DNA of 64,000 nt from Centroscyllium fabricii (Eukaryota), in assembly GCA_051313645.2 (NCBI GenBank), contig JBNRSN020000002.1, positions 37,882,001 through 37,946,000 on the forward strand, read 5' to 3'. Below the pieces are notes generated by a model. That model had not been told where the DNA came from. It was given only the letters and a program-made list of their open reading frames with translations, and did not search any database. The position numbers were made by a program, and so were the translations under genes. Every line of letters starts with the position of its first letter. Position 1 is the stretch's first letter. This document shows, piece by piece, positions 23,529-36,289 of this stretch.

Positions 23529-24469
23529 ACACACTGATTGGATCAACCCTTCAACCTCTTGCACCTGAGCTTGTGAGTGCTGTTCTGTTTAATGTCTTTC
23601 TGCTCCTCCCACCTGCTCTGCGTTATCAAGCTGGTGTCTGTCTGTGGAACAGTCATGTGTGCCTCGCACAGACCCAGAGGGGCCAGGAGATGGTGTGGTA
23701 CTGTGCAACAACTCGGGGTCCATACCCTCCTCTTCCACAAGCTGACATAGCAGAAGTTGCTCCTGCTTCTCCACCACCTCACTCACTGCATCAGCAACCC
23801 CTTCCCCAATGCCCTCTGCGCCCGCAGACTCAACGCACTGCTCATCCCATGTGTGAGAGGTATGCTGTCCATCTGCGGAAAGGAAACAGTAAAGATCAGC
23901 AAAGTCGGAGCATGATCTGCCACATCACAGAGGCTGATGTTCAACACACACCTAACATTTTTAAACATATGGCTGGCCAGTGCAACTCACGTTCAGGTGC
24001 AGGAATGTCTGATTGTTTACCAGCCGCGGGACAACCGCGAGTAAATGCTAACAGCTGCTCGACCCTTTCCTCATGTTGGGTTAAATCCCTCAGCGTGACT
24101 ACACCGCCGCCTGTCAGTGCACGTTCTCTGGCGCTGTGAGCACTTTTACTCTAAAATTAAAACAGAAAACATGTAACGTCAGGAAAATGCAGCTTTGTCT
24201 GCAGAGAGAGCCCATTTCAGACAGGGACACAGCCAGGGTTTTTGTTTCACTCACTAATGGAAATTGTGCAGCTCAAAGCAGTGCAATCAAGATAAGAGCA
24301 CAACAGATGACCCTGAGCTGGCCTGAAAGCCATAAAACTTTATCGCAACCTCAGGTGCCTGGACAAATAAGTAATGAGACTATTCTGCATGAATAGAACA
24401 GTGTTTTAAAACTTTTTAAGTTAAATTTAAAGATATATTACAGTTGACTTCTCTAACTTTTCTTACAAC

Positions 24470-24680
24470 GTTGAACTGGAGAGCCGGAGCATCAGCGAAC
24501 CCACAATTGATTGTGCCGGAGAATGGCTTGACGTCTTGCGGGTTTCACGCATTCTGTGTATCTCTATGTTCTTTTGTTGTGCGGTTTGATGTATGGCACG
24601 TGTGTAAATAGCAATAAGCATTTCACTGTTTGAATTTTCTGTTCAATTCATGTGACAATAAAATTTTACTTACTTACTTA
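24470..24680 (+). mobile_element. LINE 3' end within the ORF2 intron
   Basis: CATGTGACAATAAA followed by a (TACT)n tail. Confidence 0.55.
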
Positions 24681-25022
24681 ATAACTGTACAAACCTTGAC
24701 AGATCGCAATAAACCGTTAAATTGTTTGCGGCATTGTCCCGCTGTCCGTGGATTGGTGGAGTTCGCGCTGACAGCCTGGGCAACTTCTGACCAAGCAATC
24801 ATCTGTCCTTTTCGCAGCGCCCTGGACTACTCATTCCCAATGATCTGCAATCGCTTTGCCTCAACCTCATTGAGGAGATTGGTGAGATCATCGTCAGTGA
24901 AATTCTGAGTTCTTTTAATGAAGTGAATTGTGCTCATTCCAGCCATTTCACTTTGCTAATGAAACAAAATGAATGAAAAAAATGCTTTCAGGGCTTTGAA
25001 AACTATTTAAATTGCTTCAAAT

Positions 25023-27485
25023 TGTATTGTTTTCTATGTGGGTTCAACGACGACACATTGATGAAGGAGAATGTTTGTTCATCTAACGTATGTTCAAGTA
25101 ACTTACTGATTTGCATGAGGCTTTTACAGGGAGACTCCATCTTGGAGATCAATCCTATACTGCAACTCAACTAACTTGCTTCTTGTCACATGCCCTCTGC
25201 TGGCAAGGCATAGATAATCAAACAGGCAAATATGATCACTATTTGCTAATATCATTACATCTCCCTTTCTTAAAACAAAAGTATCTTACTTTTCACTAAC
25301 AACATGTTTTCTTTGTATTACTCTGCAATTTTAACTGTAACACTTAATGAACTTACATTATCATTATTATTATCATTATTAAGGTTTTTTAACCTTGTTT
25401 TGTGTGTTCACATGAAATATGTAAATACACTAGAAGTTGAAGAGTGAATAAGATAACACAACTTCATTCTATAACAAGAGTCCTTAAATTTGCTCTATGA
25501 GTCTCTCAGGAGGCTTCACATGTCTTGAGGATCTTCTGATTTATTGTCCTTGAATCTGAGTTGTTGCTTCAGATGATGGGTTCTCAGCTGTGTAATCAAG
25601 TTGTTCAACAGTATCAGTCTTTCGTCCTGCTGTGGTTGGTCCCATGAGAAGATCCCAATGTTTTCTTCAAAGAACAGCACCTTCATCTGTCTGAATGGTG
25701 TATGATCTTGGTTGGACTTCACTAAGGACAGTTCCCTTCTGAGTCCATATGTATGTTTTGTTTTTGAGCCTTACTTGGTCACCAGTGTGGAGTTCAGGTA
25801 GGTTTTGTGTTCCTCTGTCAAAGTAGTACTTTTGCTTTTCTTTTTGTTGTTCTTTGAACTTCCTCACTTTCTCCCCCTCTTTGTTTTCAGGAGGTTCTCC
25901 AGGATGGGTAGATTTGATCTTAGCATACGTCCCATAAAGAGTTGGGCTGGTCTCACAGGCTATTAAACCTAATATGGCCTGCACATCCTTTGGCACCATG
26001 ATGAATGCTAGCATGTGCTCTCTGGCCTTGTGTGTCACTTTGACAATGCATTTTCCTTGCACTGGTATATCAGTACCTGAGTATCCTGTCACTTTCATTT
26101 TTGTTCCATGTATCTTTGGTTTGGGTCTAATTTTCTTAAAATCAGTCTCTGATATCACATTAACTTGTGCTCCAGTATCCAATTTAAATGAAATGTGCAT
26201 GTCATTCACTTTTAATGTCAACATCCAGTCTCTTTTATCTCTTTTGTTTTCAGACACAATGTCCACATAGAACTCTTCTATCTCCCTTTCATTTACTGCA
26301 TGGACCTTGCTTTGTTGCGCTTGGTTATTACAGCAACAGGCATAATGGTTGTTTTTGTTGCAACTATTGAATGTTTTACCATATGCTAGACACTTTTTTG
26401 GTAGGTATTGTGTACCACATCGACTACATGGCTTTTGATTGCCCCTTCCATTTTTGTTCGCTGGCCACGCCTCTTTTTTCACGTTGGCGCTCTTTTTGTT
26501 AAATGGTTTGTGTCCGTTCTTTCTCACTGCATCCACGTTGCAGCTACTGTCACTGAACAGCTCCTTTGCCTGCGACTTCACAGTCTCTGTAACCCTACAG
26601 AGTGCTATCGCTTTTCCCAGGTCTAGATTTTGCTTTCTTAGCAGTCTTTCCCTCAGACTATTATCTGGAATACCACACACAAGTCTGTCTTTTACCAACG
26701 AGTCTGCCAGTCCACCAAATTCACACGTTTTGCTTCTGCTTCTCAGTCCAGTCACATACTGATCAATAGTTTCTCCCATTTTCTCTACACATGTGAAAAA
26801 TCTGTGCCTCTCAAACATCACGTTACGTTTAGGTATGCAGTATGCCTCAAACTGTTCCATTATTTTATCCAGCTTCATTTTGTCTCCATCAGCAGTGAAT
26901 GTGAGGTTATTATACACCTCCAGCGCTTCATCACCCACGACATGTAAGAACACTGACGCTTTCATTTTATCACTTTTCTCGTCAGCTCCAATTGCCGCTA
27001 AATACAACTCAAAACGTTCTTTGAACCTGTTCCAATTTTCAGCCACATTACCTGTCAACTGAAGCTTCGCCGGTGGGTGTAACCCTTCCATTTTTCATTT
27101 AGTTAGCTATTCTCCAAAGGTAAGTAATGATGTTCTCTTTTGGCTTGCTGATATGTGGAGAGCTGATTTCGCTGGGTAGCTTACTTGCCACGACTAGTTG
27201 CTAACTTCAGATTTTTCCTCTTTATCTCCTTCAATCACTTCTGACACCATGCATTGTTTTCTATGTGGGTTCAACGACAACAGATTGATGAAGGAGAATG
27301 TTTGTTAATCTAACGTATGTTCAAGTAACTTACTGATTTACATGAGGCTTTTACAGTGAGACTCCATCATGGAGATCAATCCCATACTGCAACTCAACTA
27401 ACTTGCTTCTTGTCACATGCCCTCTGCTGGTAAGGCATAGATAGTCAAACAGGCAACTATGATCACTATTTGCTGATATATTTCA
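25023..27485 (-). mobile_element. Internally deleted Mag-type Gypsy element E
   Basis: LTRs 25023-25259 and 27250-~27485, probable TSD CAAAT, PBS TGGTGTCAGAAGTG (tRNA-Leu type), PPT AAGAAAGGGAGA. Confidence 0.88.
25667..27091 (-). CDS. Gag plus protease of element E joined to integrase C-terminal sequence (RT, RNase H and IN core deleted)
   Basis: GNVAENWNRFKERFELY Gag, FKLDTGAQVN protease, then KQKYYFDR..LPELHTGDQVRL..PRSYTI. Confidence 0.8.
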   Translation of the reverse strand: MEGLHPPAKLQLTGNVAENWNRFKERFELYLAAIGADEKSDKMKASVFLHVVGDEALEVYNNLTFTADGDKMKLDKIMEQFEAYCIPKRNVMFERHRFFTCVEKMGETIDQYVTGLRSRSKTCEFGGLADSLVKDRLVCGIPDNSLRERLLRKQNLDLGKAIALCRVTETVKSQAKELFSDSSCNVDAVRKNGHKPFNKKSANVKKEAWPANKNGRGNQKPCSRCGTQYLPKKCLAYGKTFNSCNKNNHYACCCNNQAQQSKVHAVNEREIEEFYVDIVSENKRDKRDWMLTLKVNDMHISFKLDTGAQVNVISETDFKKIRPKPKIHGTKMKVTGYSGTDIPVQGKCIVKVTHKAREHMLAFIMVPKDVQAILGLIACETSPTLYGTYAKIKSTHPGEPPENKEGEKVRKFKEQQKEKQKYYFDRGTQNLPELHTGDQVRLKNKTYIWTQKGTVLSEVQPRSYTIQTDEGAVL

Positions 27486-28707
27486 CAAATCTCTTTAAAA
27501 CTATTTAAAATTCTTCCAATTCCTGTAAAAGTCTTTAAAAGTTTCTAAATTTCACAAAAGATCAATACAAATACAAATAACCATCTTACCATGTTGTTCC
27601 ACAGTGTACCAAGGTCTTGCAGTCTATGAAAGAATATAGGGGGCATGTCCTATGCTAATGCGACCTTATAGGGTGGGTCTCCCATACACTCCGCCCTGGA
27701 GGCTACGCGCAGGCTGTGTTCCTGGGCGGCATTACGTCAGACGCTGCCCGGGAGTAATCTTCAAAAAAACGGATGTCCATGCTAGCCAACAGCTCACCAG
27801 CTGGTGTGCAAGGTAAGTACAGGTTGGAGGCTTACACATGCGGGAAGCCTACAACTCGAATTTCTGGGTCAATATACCTGTACCCAGAGTGGTTTGTGTA
27901 GTCACAGACAAATTATTCTAAGAGCTTTTGAAAACTACAAAAGAGGAAATAGCAGAAACCCTGACCATCCATTTTTCAATCCTCTCTGGCTTCAGGTGTG
28001 GTGCCGGAGGACTGGAGGACTGCTAATGTGGTGCCCTTGTTTAAAAAGGGAGAAAAGGATAGACCGAGTAATTACAGGCCAGTCAGGCTAACCTCAGTGG
28101 TGGGAAAATTATTGGAAAGAATTCTGAAGGACAGGATAAATCTTCATTTAGAAAGTCACAGATTAATTAACGATAATTAGTGTGAATTTGTTAAGGGACG
28201 GTTGTGTCTGACAAGCTTGATTGAACTTTTTGAGGAGGTGACAAAGGGGGGTAGATGAGGGTAGTGCATTTGATGTAGTGTATATGGACTTTAGCAAGGC
28301 TTTTGATAAAGTTCAACATGGCAGACTGGTCAGTAAGTTAAAAGCCCATGTGATCCAGGGCAAAGTGTCAAGTTGGATTCAAAACTGTCTCAGAGGCAGG
28401 AAGTAGAGGGTAATGGTTGATGGGTGTTTTTGTGACTGCAAATCTGTTTCCAGTGGGGTTCAGCAGGGCTCAGCATTAGGTCGCTTGCTTTTTGTGGTAT
28501 ATATCAATGATCTAGACTTGATTATAGGGGGTATGATTAAGAAGTTTGCAGATGATCCGAAAATCGAATGTGTGGTTGATACTGAAGAAGGAAGCTGTAG
28601 ACTGCAGGAAGATATCAATAAATTGGTCAGGTGGGCAGAACAGTGGTAAATGAAATTCAATCCTGAGAAGTGTGAGGTAATGCATTTGGGGAGGGCTAAC
28701 AAGGAAA

Positions 28708-29103
28708 CATAGAAACATAGAAGATAGGAGCTGGAGTAGGCCATTCGGCCCCTCGAGCCCGCTCTGCCATTCAGCGAGATCATGGCCGATCATTCAAACC
28801 CAGCACCCCGCCCTGCCCACCCCCCATATCACTATCGAGCCTGCACCGACATATATCCCACCCTATCCCCATAACCCCACACATTCAATCCCCCTAACAC
28901 TAGGGATCAATTTATCCTGGCCAATCAACCTAACCTGCACATCTTTGGACTGTGGGAGGAAACCGGAGCACCCGGAGGAAACCCACGCAGACACGGGGAG
29001 AATGTGCAAACTCTACACAGATAGTACCCGAGGCTGGATTTGAACCCGGAGTCTCCAGAGCTGTGAGGCAACAGTGCTAACCACTGTGCCACCGTGCCGC
29101 CCT
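28708..29103 (-). mobile_element. HE1/V-SINE-like tRNA SINE
   Basis: tRNA-like head GGCGGCACGGTGGCACAGTGGTTAGC, core TGCGTGGGTTTCCTCCGGGTGCTCCGG, LINE-type (TTCTATGT)n tail, probable TSD AGGAAA. Confidence 0.9.
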
Positions 29104-29255
29104 AGGAAAGGGAATACACATTAAATGGCAGGACACTGAGTAGTTTAAAGGAACAAAGGGCCCTTGGAGTGCATATCCACAGATCCCTGAAGGTAGCAGG
29201 CCAGGTAGATAAGGTGGTTAAAAAGGCATACGGAATGCTTGCCTTTATTAGCCAT

Positions 29256-29466
29256 ATGCAAAAAGTCACACAACACCAGGTTTAAAGTCCAACGTTTTAT
29301 TTTAAATCACAAGCTTTCGGAGCGTCTGCCCCTTCGTCAGGCAAAGACGAAGGGGCAGACGCTCCGAAAGCTTGTGATTTAAAATAAAACGTTGGACTTT
29401 AAACCTGGTGTTGTGTGACTTTTTGCATTTGTCCACCCCAGTCCAACACCGGCACCTCCGCATTAT
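29256..29466. mobile_element. Penelope-like element, inverted terminal repeat
   Basis: Inverted repeat with arms of about 80 bp, TSD CTTTATTAGCCAT, partial hammerhead cores. Confidence 0.85.
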
Positions 29467-32392
29467 CTTTATTAGCCATGGCATAGAATACAAGAGCGGG
29501 GGGGGTTATGCTTCAACTGTATAAAACACTAGTTAGGCCTCAGCTAGAGTACTGCGTGCAGTTCTGATCACCACATTACAGGAAAGATGTGGTTGCACTC
29601 GAGAGGGTACAGAGGAGATTTACAAGAATGTTGCCGGGAGTAGAGAATCTTAGCTATGAGGAAAGACTGGATAGTCTGGGTTTGTTTTCCTTGGAACAGA
29701 GGAGGCTGAGGGGAGACCATATTGAGGTGTATAAAATTATGAGGGACCTAGATAAAGTGGATAGAAAGGACCATTTCCCTTAGCAGAGAGGTCAAAAACC
29801 AGGGCGCACAGATTTAAAATATATGATGGAAGGTTTAGAGGGGATTTGAGGGGAAGTTGTGGAGGTCTGGAACTCACTGCCTGAAAGGGTGGTAGAGGCA
29901 GGAACCCTAACCACATTTAAAAAGTACTTGGATGTGCACTTGGGATGCTGTAACCTTCAGGGTTACAGACCAAGAGCTGGGAAGTGGGATTAGGCTGGAT
30001 AGCTCTTTGTTGGCCGTCGTGGACACAATAGGCCGAAATGGCCTCCTTCAGTGCTGTAACTTTCTATGATTCTATGATTCTATATCCATCTCCCTCATGT
30101 ACTTATCCAGCTTCCCCTTAAATGCTTCTATGCTATTCACCTCAAGCACTCCCCGTGGCAGCGAGTTCCATGTTCTCACCACTCTCTGGGTCGAGGTGTT
30201 TTCCTGAATTTCTCATTAAATTTATTAGTGAGCATAGCACTGAGGTTTGAGGCTTATGTATGGAATGAGAGCGTGGGTGGAATTGTTCCCAACACTGAAA
30301 CATAGAGCACAGGTTTGAGTTTTATTTGCTAGAATTTAAATTGGTTAGAAAAAATATATGAGGGGAAGGGACAGGAAGTCTAATGAAGTCGATCTGACAG
30401 TTCTCAAGAGTTTATGTAAAAATAAAACAAGATTTCAAAGTAAAACTGTTTTGGAAGGCATTTTTTAAAACATATAAATAAAAGGGACTGTCGGGGGTAA
30501 TTATTCTCTTGCACAGTTAACTGGTCAAACCGATTGCACGTCCGTTATAGAAGCCGCCCAGTTTTGTTGAGTTCAATAGAAATTTAATTGTATAACAGGT
30601 GGTTGATCCACTGTGCCAGTTTACTGTCTGTGTGGTGAAGGCAAAAATGACCCTCAGTGTCTCTCAGCTGATCATTATTATGGCTATTTTACACTTCAGG
30701 CTGTTGGTTCGAGAGAACCGAGAGGGAGATGTTTTTGTCTGGAGCTTTCTCTGATGTGATGCTCTGAGATTCCACTCCAGTGACGTCAGGGAGGTGAAGT
30801 GCTGCCCACAGCTCACTAACCCCTTCAGAATTTGTTTTATTAAGAAATCCGGCATAGAAATTCCTTGGTGGTGCGCCCTTTTTCAGGCTGTGATGAAATA
30901 ACTGTGTTCTGGCCTTTGTATTGCTTGTTTGTACTTGTTGAAATAACTGTGTTTTCTGGCCTTTATATTGCTTGTTTGTACTTGTTAATGTTTTGGAATA
31001 GTCTGCAGGTGTAACCACTGATGCTCCGCCCTAGCCCCGCCGTTCTGGATTATGTGGATGGGTGTGAGTCTTGCTCATAAGGGCTGGGTCGGTGACGAAG
31101 GAAGGTTGCTCTGTGTTAACTCAATGCCATGTTCTAACTTAATAAAAGCCTTTAGTTTTAAGTTTAATCCGGGTAGTCCTTTGGCACATCATTTTTATTA
31201 AGTTACAATCCTTAGAAGATGGATCGATTTTTGAAACCAGAGCGTCTGGATATCGATCCCCATTCGGCAGACGCGTTGAAGAAATTCACGCATTGGCTTC
31301 GATATTTTGAACACTTCATTGCATCGCTCGATCCGACGGTAAACAAGTTGGGTCTTCAAACCAACTTGGTAAGTCATCAAACTTACTCCATAATTGAAGA
31401 TGTTGCCACGTATGAAGAGGCCCTCATAGCCCTCAAGGCCCAGTACCTTAAGTCGGTTAATGAAGTATACGCCAGTTATCTCTTGTCTACTCGCAGGCAA
31501 TTACCTGAGGAATCCCTGGACGATTTCTTGCAGGACCTCAAGGCTTTGGCTAAGGACTGCAATTACAAGGCCGTTTCTGCCATATTGCATCAGGAAGAAG
31601 CCATTCGCGATTCCTTTATATCTGGCCTTTGATCTAACTTCTTGAGAATGACTCGTTCGTCTTAAAAACGGTCGTCACTACTGCTCGATCATTAGATGTA
31701 GCCCAGAAGAATTTAGAAGTGTATGCATTAGCCCATGTGTCCCTCTCAGCCTCATGTGCTCTGAGTATGGAGGCACCCATAATGCCAATGGAGCCTCCAC
31801 TTAATTCTATTGTTGCAGCTGTATCCTATGGGTCTAAGTGTTATTTTTGTGGCCAATCTAAACACCCCAGGCAAAGATGCCCAGCCAGAGAGGCTACTTG
31901 TTTTAAATGTAAGAAATGGGGACATTCTAGTAAAGTGTGTAAGGGTAATCCTGTAACCGATGTCATCTCCGCTGCCGCCTATTGTTTGACTTTAGTCTCG
32001 GTTACGGTTGACCAGAACATACCGTGCTCCTTGTCGAAATCCATGATGGACATCAAGGTTAATGGTCGTCCTACTAAGTGTTTGATAGGCTATGGCAGTA
32101 CTGAAAGTTTTATACATCCCAACCTTGTTAACTCCTGCTCATTGAAGGTGTATCCTGTCCGAAGTGAAATCATGATGGCGTCCAAGTCCCTTACTTCAGA
32201 GGTAACCGGATATTGTAAAGTCACATTGACCATTAAGGACACAGAGTATAAGGATTTTAAACTCCTCATATTACCTCATTTGTGCGTGAACTTAATTTTA
32301 GGCTTGGACTTCCAGAGTTTAGGCATGAGAGTGTCACCCTTATGTTTGGTGGATCCCAGTCTCCGCTCACAGTCTGCAGCCTTTCCACTTTA

Positions 32393-32560
32393 GGGTGCTC
32401 TAGGGTTGGATGTATGGGATCAAATTTCTCCCCTCCCCCATGTGTGTGATCTTTGACTTTAGTTTCTCCTTCACCTGATGAAGGGGCAAAAGCTCCGAAA
32501 GCTTGTGATTTAAAATAAAACGTTGGACTTTAAACCTGGTGTTGTGTGACTTTTTGCATT
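32393..32560 (+). mobile_element. Penelope-like fragment inside D
   Basis: TSD TTTCCACTTTA and the same terminal sequence as the other PLE copies. Confidence 0.85.
32471..32508 (+). ncRNA. Minimal type I hammerhead ribozyme motif
   Basis: TCAC-CTGATGA-A-GGGGC AAAA GCTCC-GAAA-GCTT-GTGA: helix I TCAC/GTGA, helix II, conserved core and palindromic AGCT helix III. Confidence 0.75.
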
Positions 32561-33629
32561 TTTCCACTTTAAAAGTAAGTCTGCCTTCCTTGTTCGTGAA
32601 CCTCGCTCCTAATTGCAAACCTATAGCGACCAAGAGTCGATGGTATAGTTCAGAAGATAAAAATGTTATAAAAGAGGAAGTGGAAAGGCTTCAACGGGAG
32701 GGAATCATTGAACACAGTGGCATGCCCAGGTGGTGGTGGTTAAAACTAATGAAAAGAAAAGACTTGTGGTTGATTATAGCCAGACTATAAACTTGTATAC
32801 TCAATTAGACGCCTATCCTTTGCCTCGTATTTCTGAGATGGTGAACCAGATAGCCCAGTACCGTGTGTTCTCCACCATTGATCTAAAGTCTGCCGACCAT
32901 CAACTCCCCATTAAAATAGAAGACCAACCTTATACGGCCCTCGAAGCTAATGGGCGCCTGTACCAATTCCTTAGGGTGCCCTTTGGAGTGACGAATGGGG
33001 TATCTGTCTTCCAACAGGAGATGGATCGTATGGTGGATGAATACGCATTGGAAGCAACATTCCCGTACCTGGACAATGATACTATCTGCGGGCGCGACCA
33101 ATGAGAGCATGATCAAAATCTTGCGAAGTTCCTAGAGACTGCAAATAGGTTAAACCTGGCCTACAATGAAAACAAGTGCACTTCCAACACTACACGTTTG
33201 TGTATTCTCGGCTGCGTTGTGGAGAATGGGGTAATCAGGCCAGACCCTGAAATATTACGCCCACTTAAGGAATTTTCTTTACCTCACACTTTAAGAAGGT
33301 CTCTGGGATTCTTCTCGTACTATGCCCAGCGGGTGGCTAACTACTCAGATAAAGTCTGACCTCTTATTAAGTTGATGTCTTTTCCGCTATCGGCGGAAGC
33401 TCAGGAGGCTTTTCGAATATCAAACGGGACATTGAGAAGGCCGTGGATGAGAAGATCCCTTTTCAAGTGGAAAGTGATGCTTCTGATTTTGCGTTGGCAG
33501 CAACTCTTAACCAAGCTGGTAGACCAGTAGCTTTGTTCTCTCGTACATTGCAAGGACCAGAAGTCCAACATTCTTCAGTGGAAAAGGAGGCACAGGCGAT
33601 TATTGAAGCAGTCAGGTATTGGAGACATA

Positions 33630-34466
33630 GGGCCAGAAATTCGGGTACCTAAAGCAGATGCCCACGGCGATGCTCACGAAAAATGCCCACGGATCCGAGA
33701 TGCCCACGGATCCGAAACTTCCGATGCTGAGGGAGAAGGGCCCTCAGCATGATGCCCAGGAATGAGTTGCACCCAAAACTTCCGAATCAAAAAGGGTCAT
33801 TTTTTTCAGTGATTCTGTGGGCAACAGAGCCCACAGATGCACTTGAAAAAAGCTGGAGTAACTCGTTGGTGAGGTAGAGAGAAACGTTCTTAAGCATGGT
33901 AAGTTAATTTTTTAACTTTAATTTTAATTTTTTACAGTTTTTGGGAGTAGTGTGGCCAGATCGGTAGCGTTAAATTTTAAAGTTAAAGTTTTTAAAAAAA
34001 TTTAACAAATCCGATTTTAAGTTAATTTACCTGGTTGAAATCGCTAATTTTTAAAGTTAAATTTGTGAAATTTTTAACTCTGTAGGTAATTTAAAATTTT
34101 TAAAAATCAACGAGGAAAAAATGGCTTTTCTTACCTGCCGTTTCTTCCTCTGAGCTGCTGCTGTGCCCCCGCGCTGCTCCCCGCGAGTTTGTTGTGCAGC
34201 AACGCACTTACCTGCTCTCACAAAGGTCCGACTCGGGATCTCGGCATTTAAATTAGGGATCTGGGGGGCGTTTTCTATTTAAATTTGGGATCTGTGGGCG
34301 GGGCTTACACTTCGCACGTAACGTGGCTGGACTGCCACGTTGCGAACGAAGGGGGCGGAGCCAATCGGAAAGTTTGAGAAAAAAAAAACTCCGATGTTGC
34401 TGGGCTTCGTAAGTGCTCCGCATGGTCCTAGTTGCACACCAACCGGCAAACCCGAGTTTCTGGCCC
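33630..34466. mobile_element. Harbinger-family MITE, copy 2 (inside D RNase H)
   Basis: Same TIRs and body as 5701-6537. TSD ATA/ATT; removal restores WRHYLAG. Confidence 0.92.
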
Positions 34467-34600
34467 ATTATCTCGCTGGCCAACGTTTTCCGCTCATTAC
34501 TGACCAGCGATCTGTGGCCTTTATGTTCAATACTAAGCAGAGAGGCAAGATCAAAAATGATAAGATTTTAAGATGGCGAATAGAACTGTCAACATATGAC

Positions 34601-34913
34601 TGTGGCGGATCACCACGGACTTACTGGCGAATCCGCCGGACTCATGGACCCTGAAGGCACCGGCCCCGAGGCGCGCTACTCTCGCGAGGCCAGTGCCGAC
34701 GCAAAGACGCCTCGCGCATGCGCACAACGCGCCCGACGCGCACTAACGCGCAGACGCGCATACGTCATTAGGCTCATGCGTAATGACGTTAGGAGGGCTA
34801 CTTATTCGAGCAAAAAGGCGCGAAAGCGCACACTCTGTAATACGAATCAATAAAGAAGGTTGTTTGATGTTACCTGTCTCAGGAGTTCTTTCGCCTGCCA
34901 ACAAACCTCAACA
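34601..34913 (+). mobile_element. Solo LTR inside D
   Basis: TGTGGCGG...CAACA, AATAAA at ~34849, TSD TGAC. Removal restores STYDYDIQY. Confidence 0.88.
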
Positions 34914-36289
34914 TGACTATGATATTCAGTACAGGCCTGGAGTATTCAATGAGCCATCAGATGCCTTGTCACGAGGAGTATGTGCCAGTTTAGGTACGGA
35001 TATGCTTCAAAGTCTCCATGACACACTCTGCCACCCTGGGGTTACCAGAATGAATCACGTCATTACGTCCCACAATCTACCCTACTCTATTGAGGAGGTC
35101 CGGACAATGACTACAACCTGTCATGTTTGTGCTGAATGCAAACCCTGCTTCTATAAACCGTTCGAGCCAGCTCATCTCATTAAAGCAATTCAACCGTTTG
35201 AGCCTCAATTTTAATGGTCCCCTTCCATCGAGTGACCGTAACGTCTATTTTCTCAATATTATAGACGACTTCTCTCAGTTCCCTTTTGTTATCCCCTGTC
35301 TGGATGTGACCAGTGCTGTTGTAATGAAATGCCTCTGCCGACTGTTTTCTTTGTTTGGCATGCCTAACTACATACATAGTTATAGGGGTTCTTCCTTTAT
35401 GAGTGAAGAATTGCGACAGTTTTTGCTATCGAAAGGGATTGCCATGAGTAGAGCTACCAGCTATAACCCTCGTGGTAATGGGCAGGTCGAGAAAGAAAAT
35501 GCGACAGTGTGGAAGGCTATCATACTGTCTCTGAAGTCGCGACACCTGCCGACCTCTCGCTGGCAGGGTGTCCTGCCAGACATGCTGCATTCCATAAGGT
35601 CTCTTTTGTGCACAGAGATGAATGCCACCCCTCAGGAAAGGATGTTTAGCTTTCCAAGAAAAGTTACTGATGGAGTATCACTACCCACATGGTTGACGAC
35701 CACAGGCCCTGTGCTGTTGTGCAGGCATGTGAGGGGTCACAAGACTGATCTGCTGGTGGAGGAAGTACAACTCCTCCATGCTAATCCCCAGTATGCGTAC
35801 ATTCAATACCCGGATGGGCGAGAGGATACAGTCTCTATTAAAGATCTCGCTCCTGCTGGAGCTCGGAAAGAGTTTGACTCTGAGAGTAGAGTTTTCGACC
35901 GTAGTACTGGACATTCAGAGATACAAACCCTCAGTGTGGAAAACACTGATGATTCCGGAATTCGAATGAACCGGAGTTAGTACTCCGAGAGGAGCCTCAG
36001 TAAGAGTTACGTCATTCCCAGAGGACTATCAGGCTCCCTGACAGACTTAATCTATAGCAGGGGGTGAATGTGATGAAATAACTGTGTTCTGGCCTTTGTA
36101 TTGCTTGTTTGTACTTGTTAATGTTTTGGAATAGTCTGCTGGTGTAACCACTGATGCTCCACCCTAGCCCCGCCCTGCTGGATTCCCCGGATGGGTGTGA
36201 GTCTTGCTTATAAGGGCTGGGTCGGTGACGAATGAAGGTTGCTCTGTGTTAACTCAATGCCATGTTCTAATTTAATACTGAGGACACTT

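Larger units (their letters stand above)
18700..24946 (-). pseudogene. Harbinger ORF2, Myb/SANT-like DNA-binding protein (spliced, disrupted by element C)
   Basis: Exon 24946-24695: MAGMS..NFTDDDLTNLLNEV..WSEVAQAVSANS..RTAGQCRKQFNGL followed by GT. Next exon from ~24150 after AG: SKSAHSARERALTGGG. Acidic and coiled-coil-like sequence flanks element C. The 3' limit is approximate. Confidence 0.8.
4822..27870 (+). mobile_element. Full-length PIF/Harbinger DNA transposon (formerly autonomous, now disrupted) with nested insertions
   Basis: TIRs GGCCCAGAAATTCG (4822) and CGAATTTCTGGGTC (27870). 3-bp TSD AAT (4819-4821, 27871-27873). Convergent DDE transposase (+) and Myb/SANT ORF (-). Confidence 0.9.
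1881..27939 (+). mobile_element. Long 3' LTR (~2.1 kb net: 1881-3340, 4240-4821, 27874-27939) of the env-bearing retroelement, split by a MITE and the Harbinger
   Basis: Purine tract AAGGTAGGGA precedes TGTAGG at 1881. CATATAA at ~4596 and AATAAA at ~4796. After removing the Harbinger the U5-like sequence ends ...AACTACA at 27939 (inverted match TGTAG/CTACA), where CR1 RT sequence begins. Confidence 0.65.
27940..30082 (+). mobile_element. CR1/HER1-type LINE ORF2 (degenerate), host of the long LTR, a SINE and a PLE
   Basis: VPEDWRTANVVPLFKKG, FADD, RRLRGD.IEVYKI and a (TTCTATGA)n tail. Confidence 0.92.
30889..36276 (+). mobile_element. Gypsy element D (old, degenerate, same superfamily as A/B/F)
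   Basis: 5' LTR 30889-31191, gag from 31219, pol fragments to 35980, PPT AGGGGGTGAA. The 3' LTR starts at 36069 and is truncated at ~36276. Confidence 0.92.
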
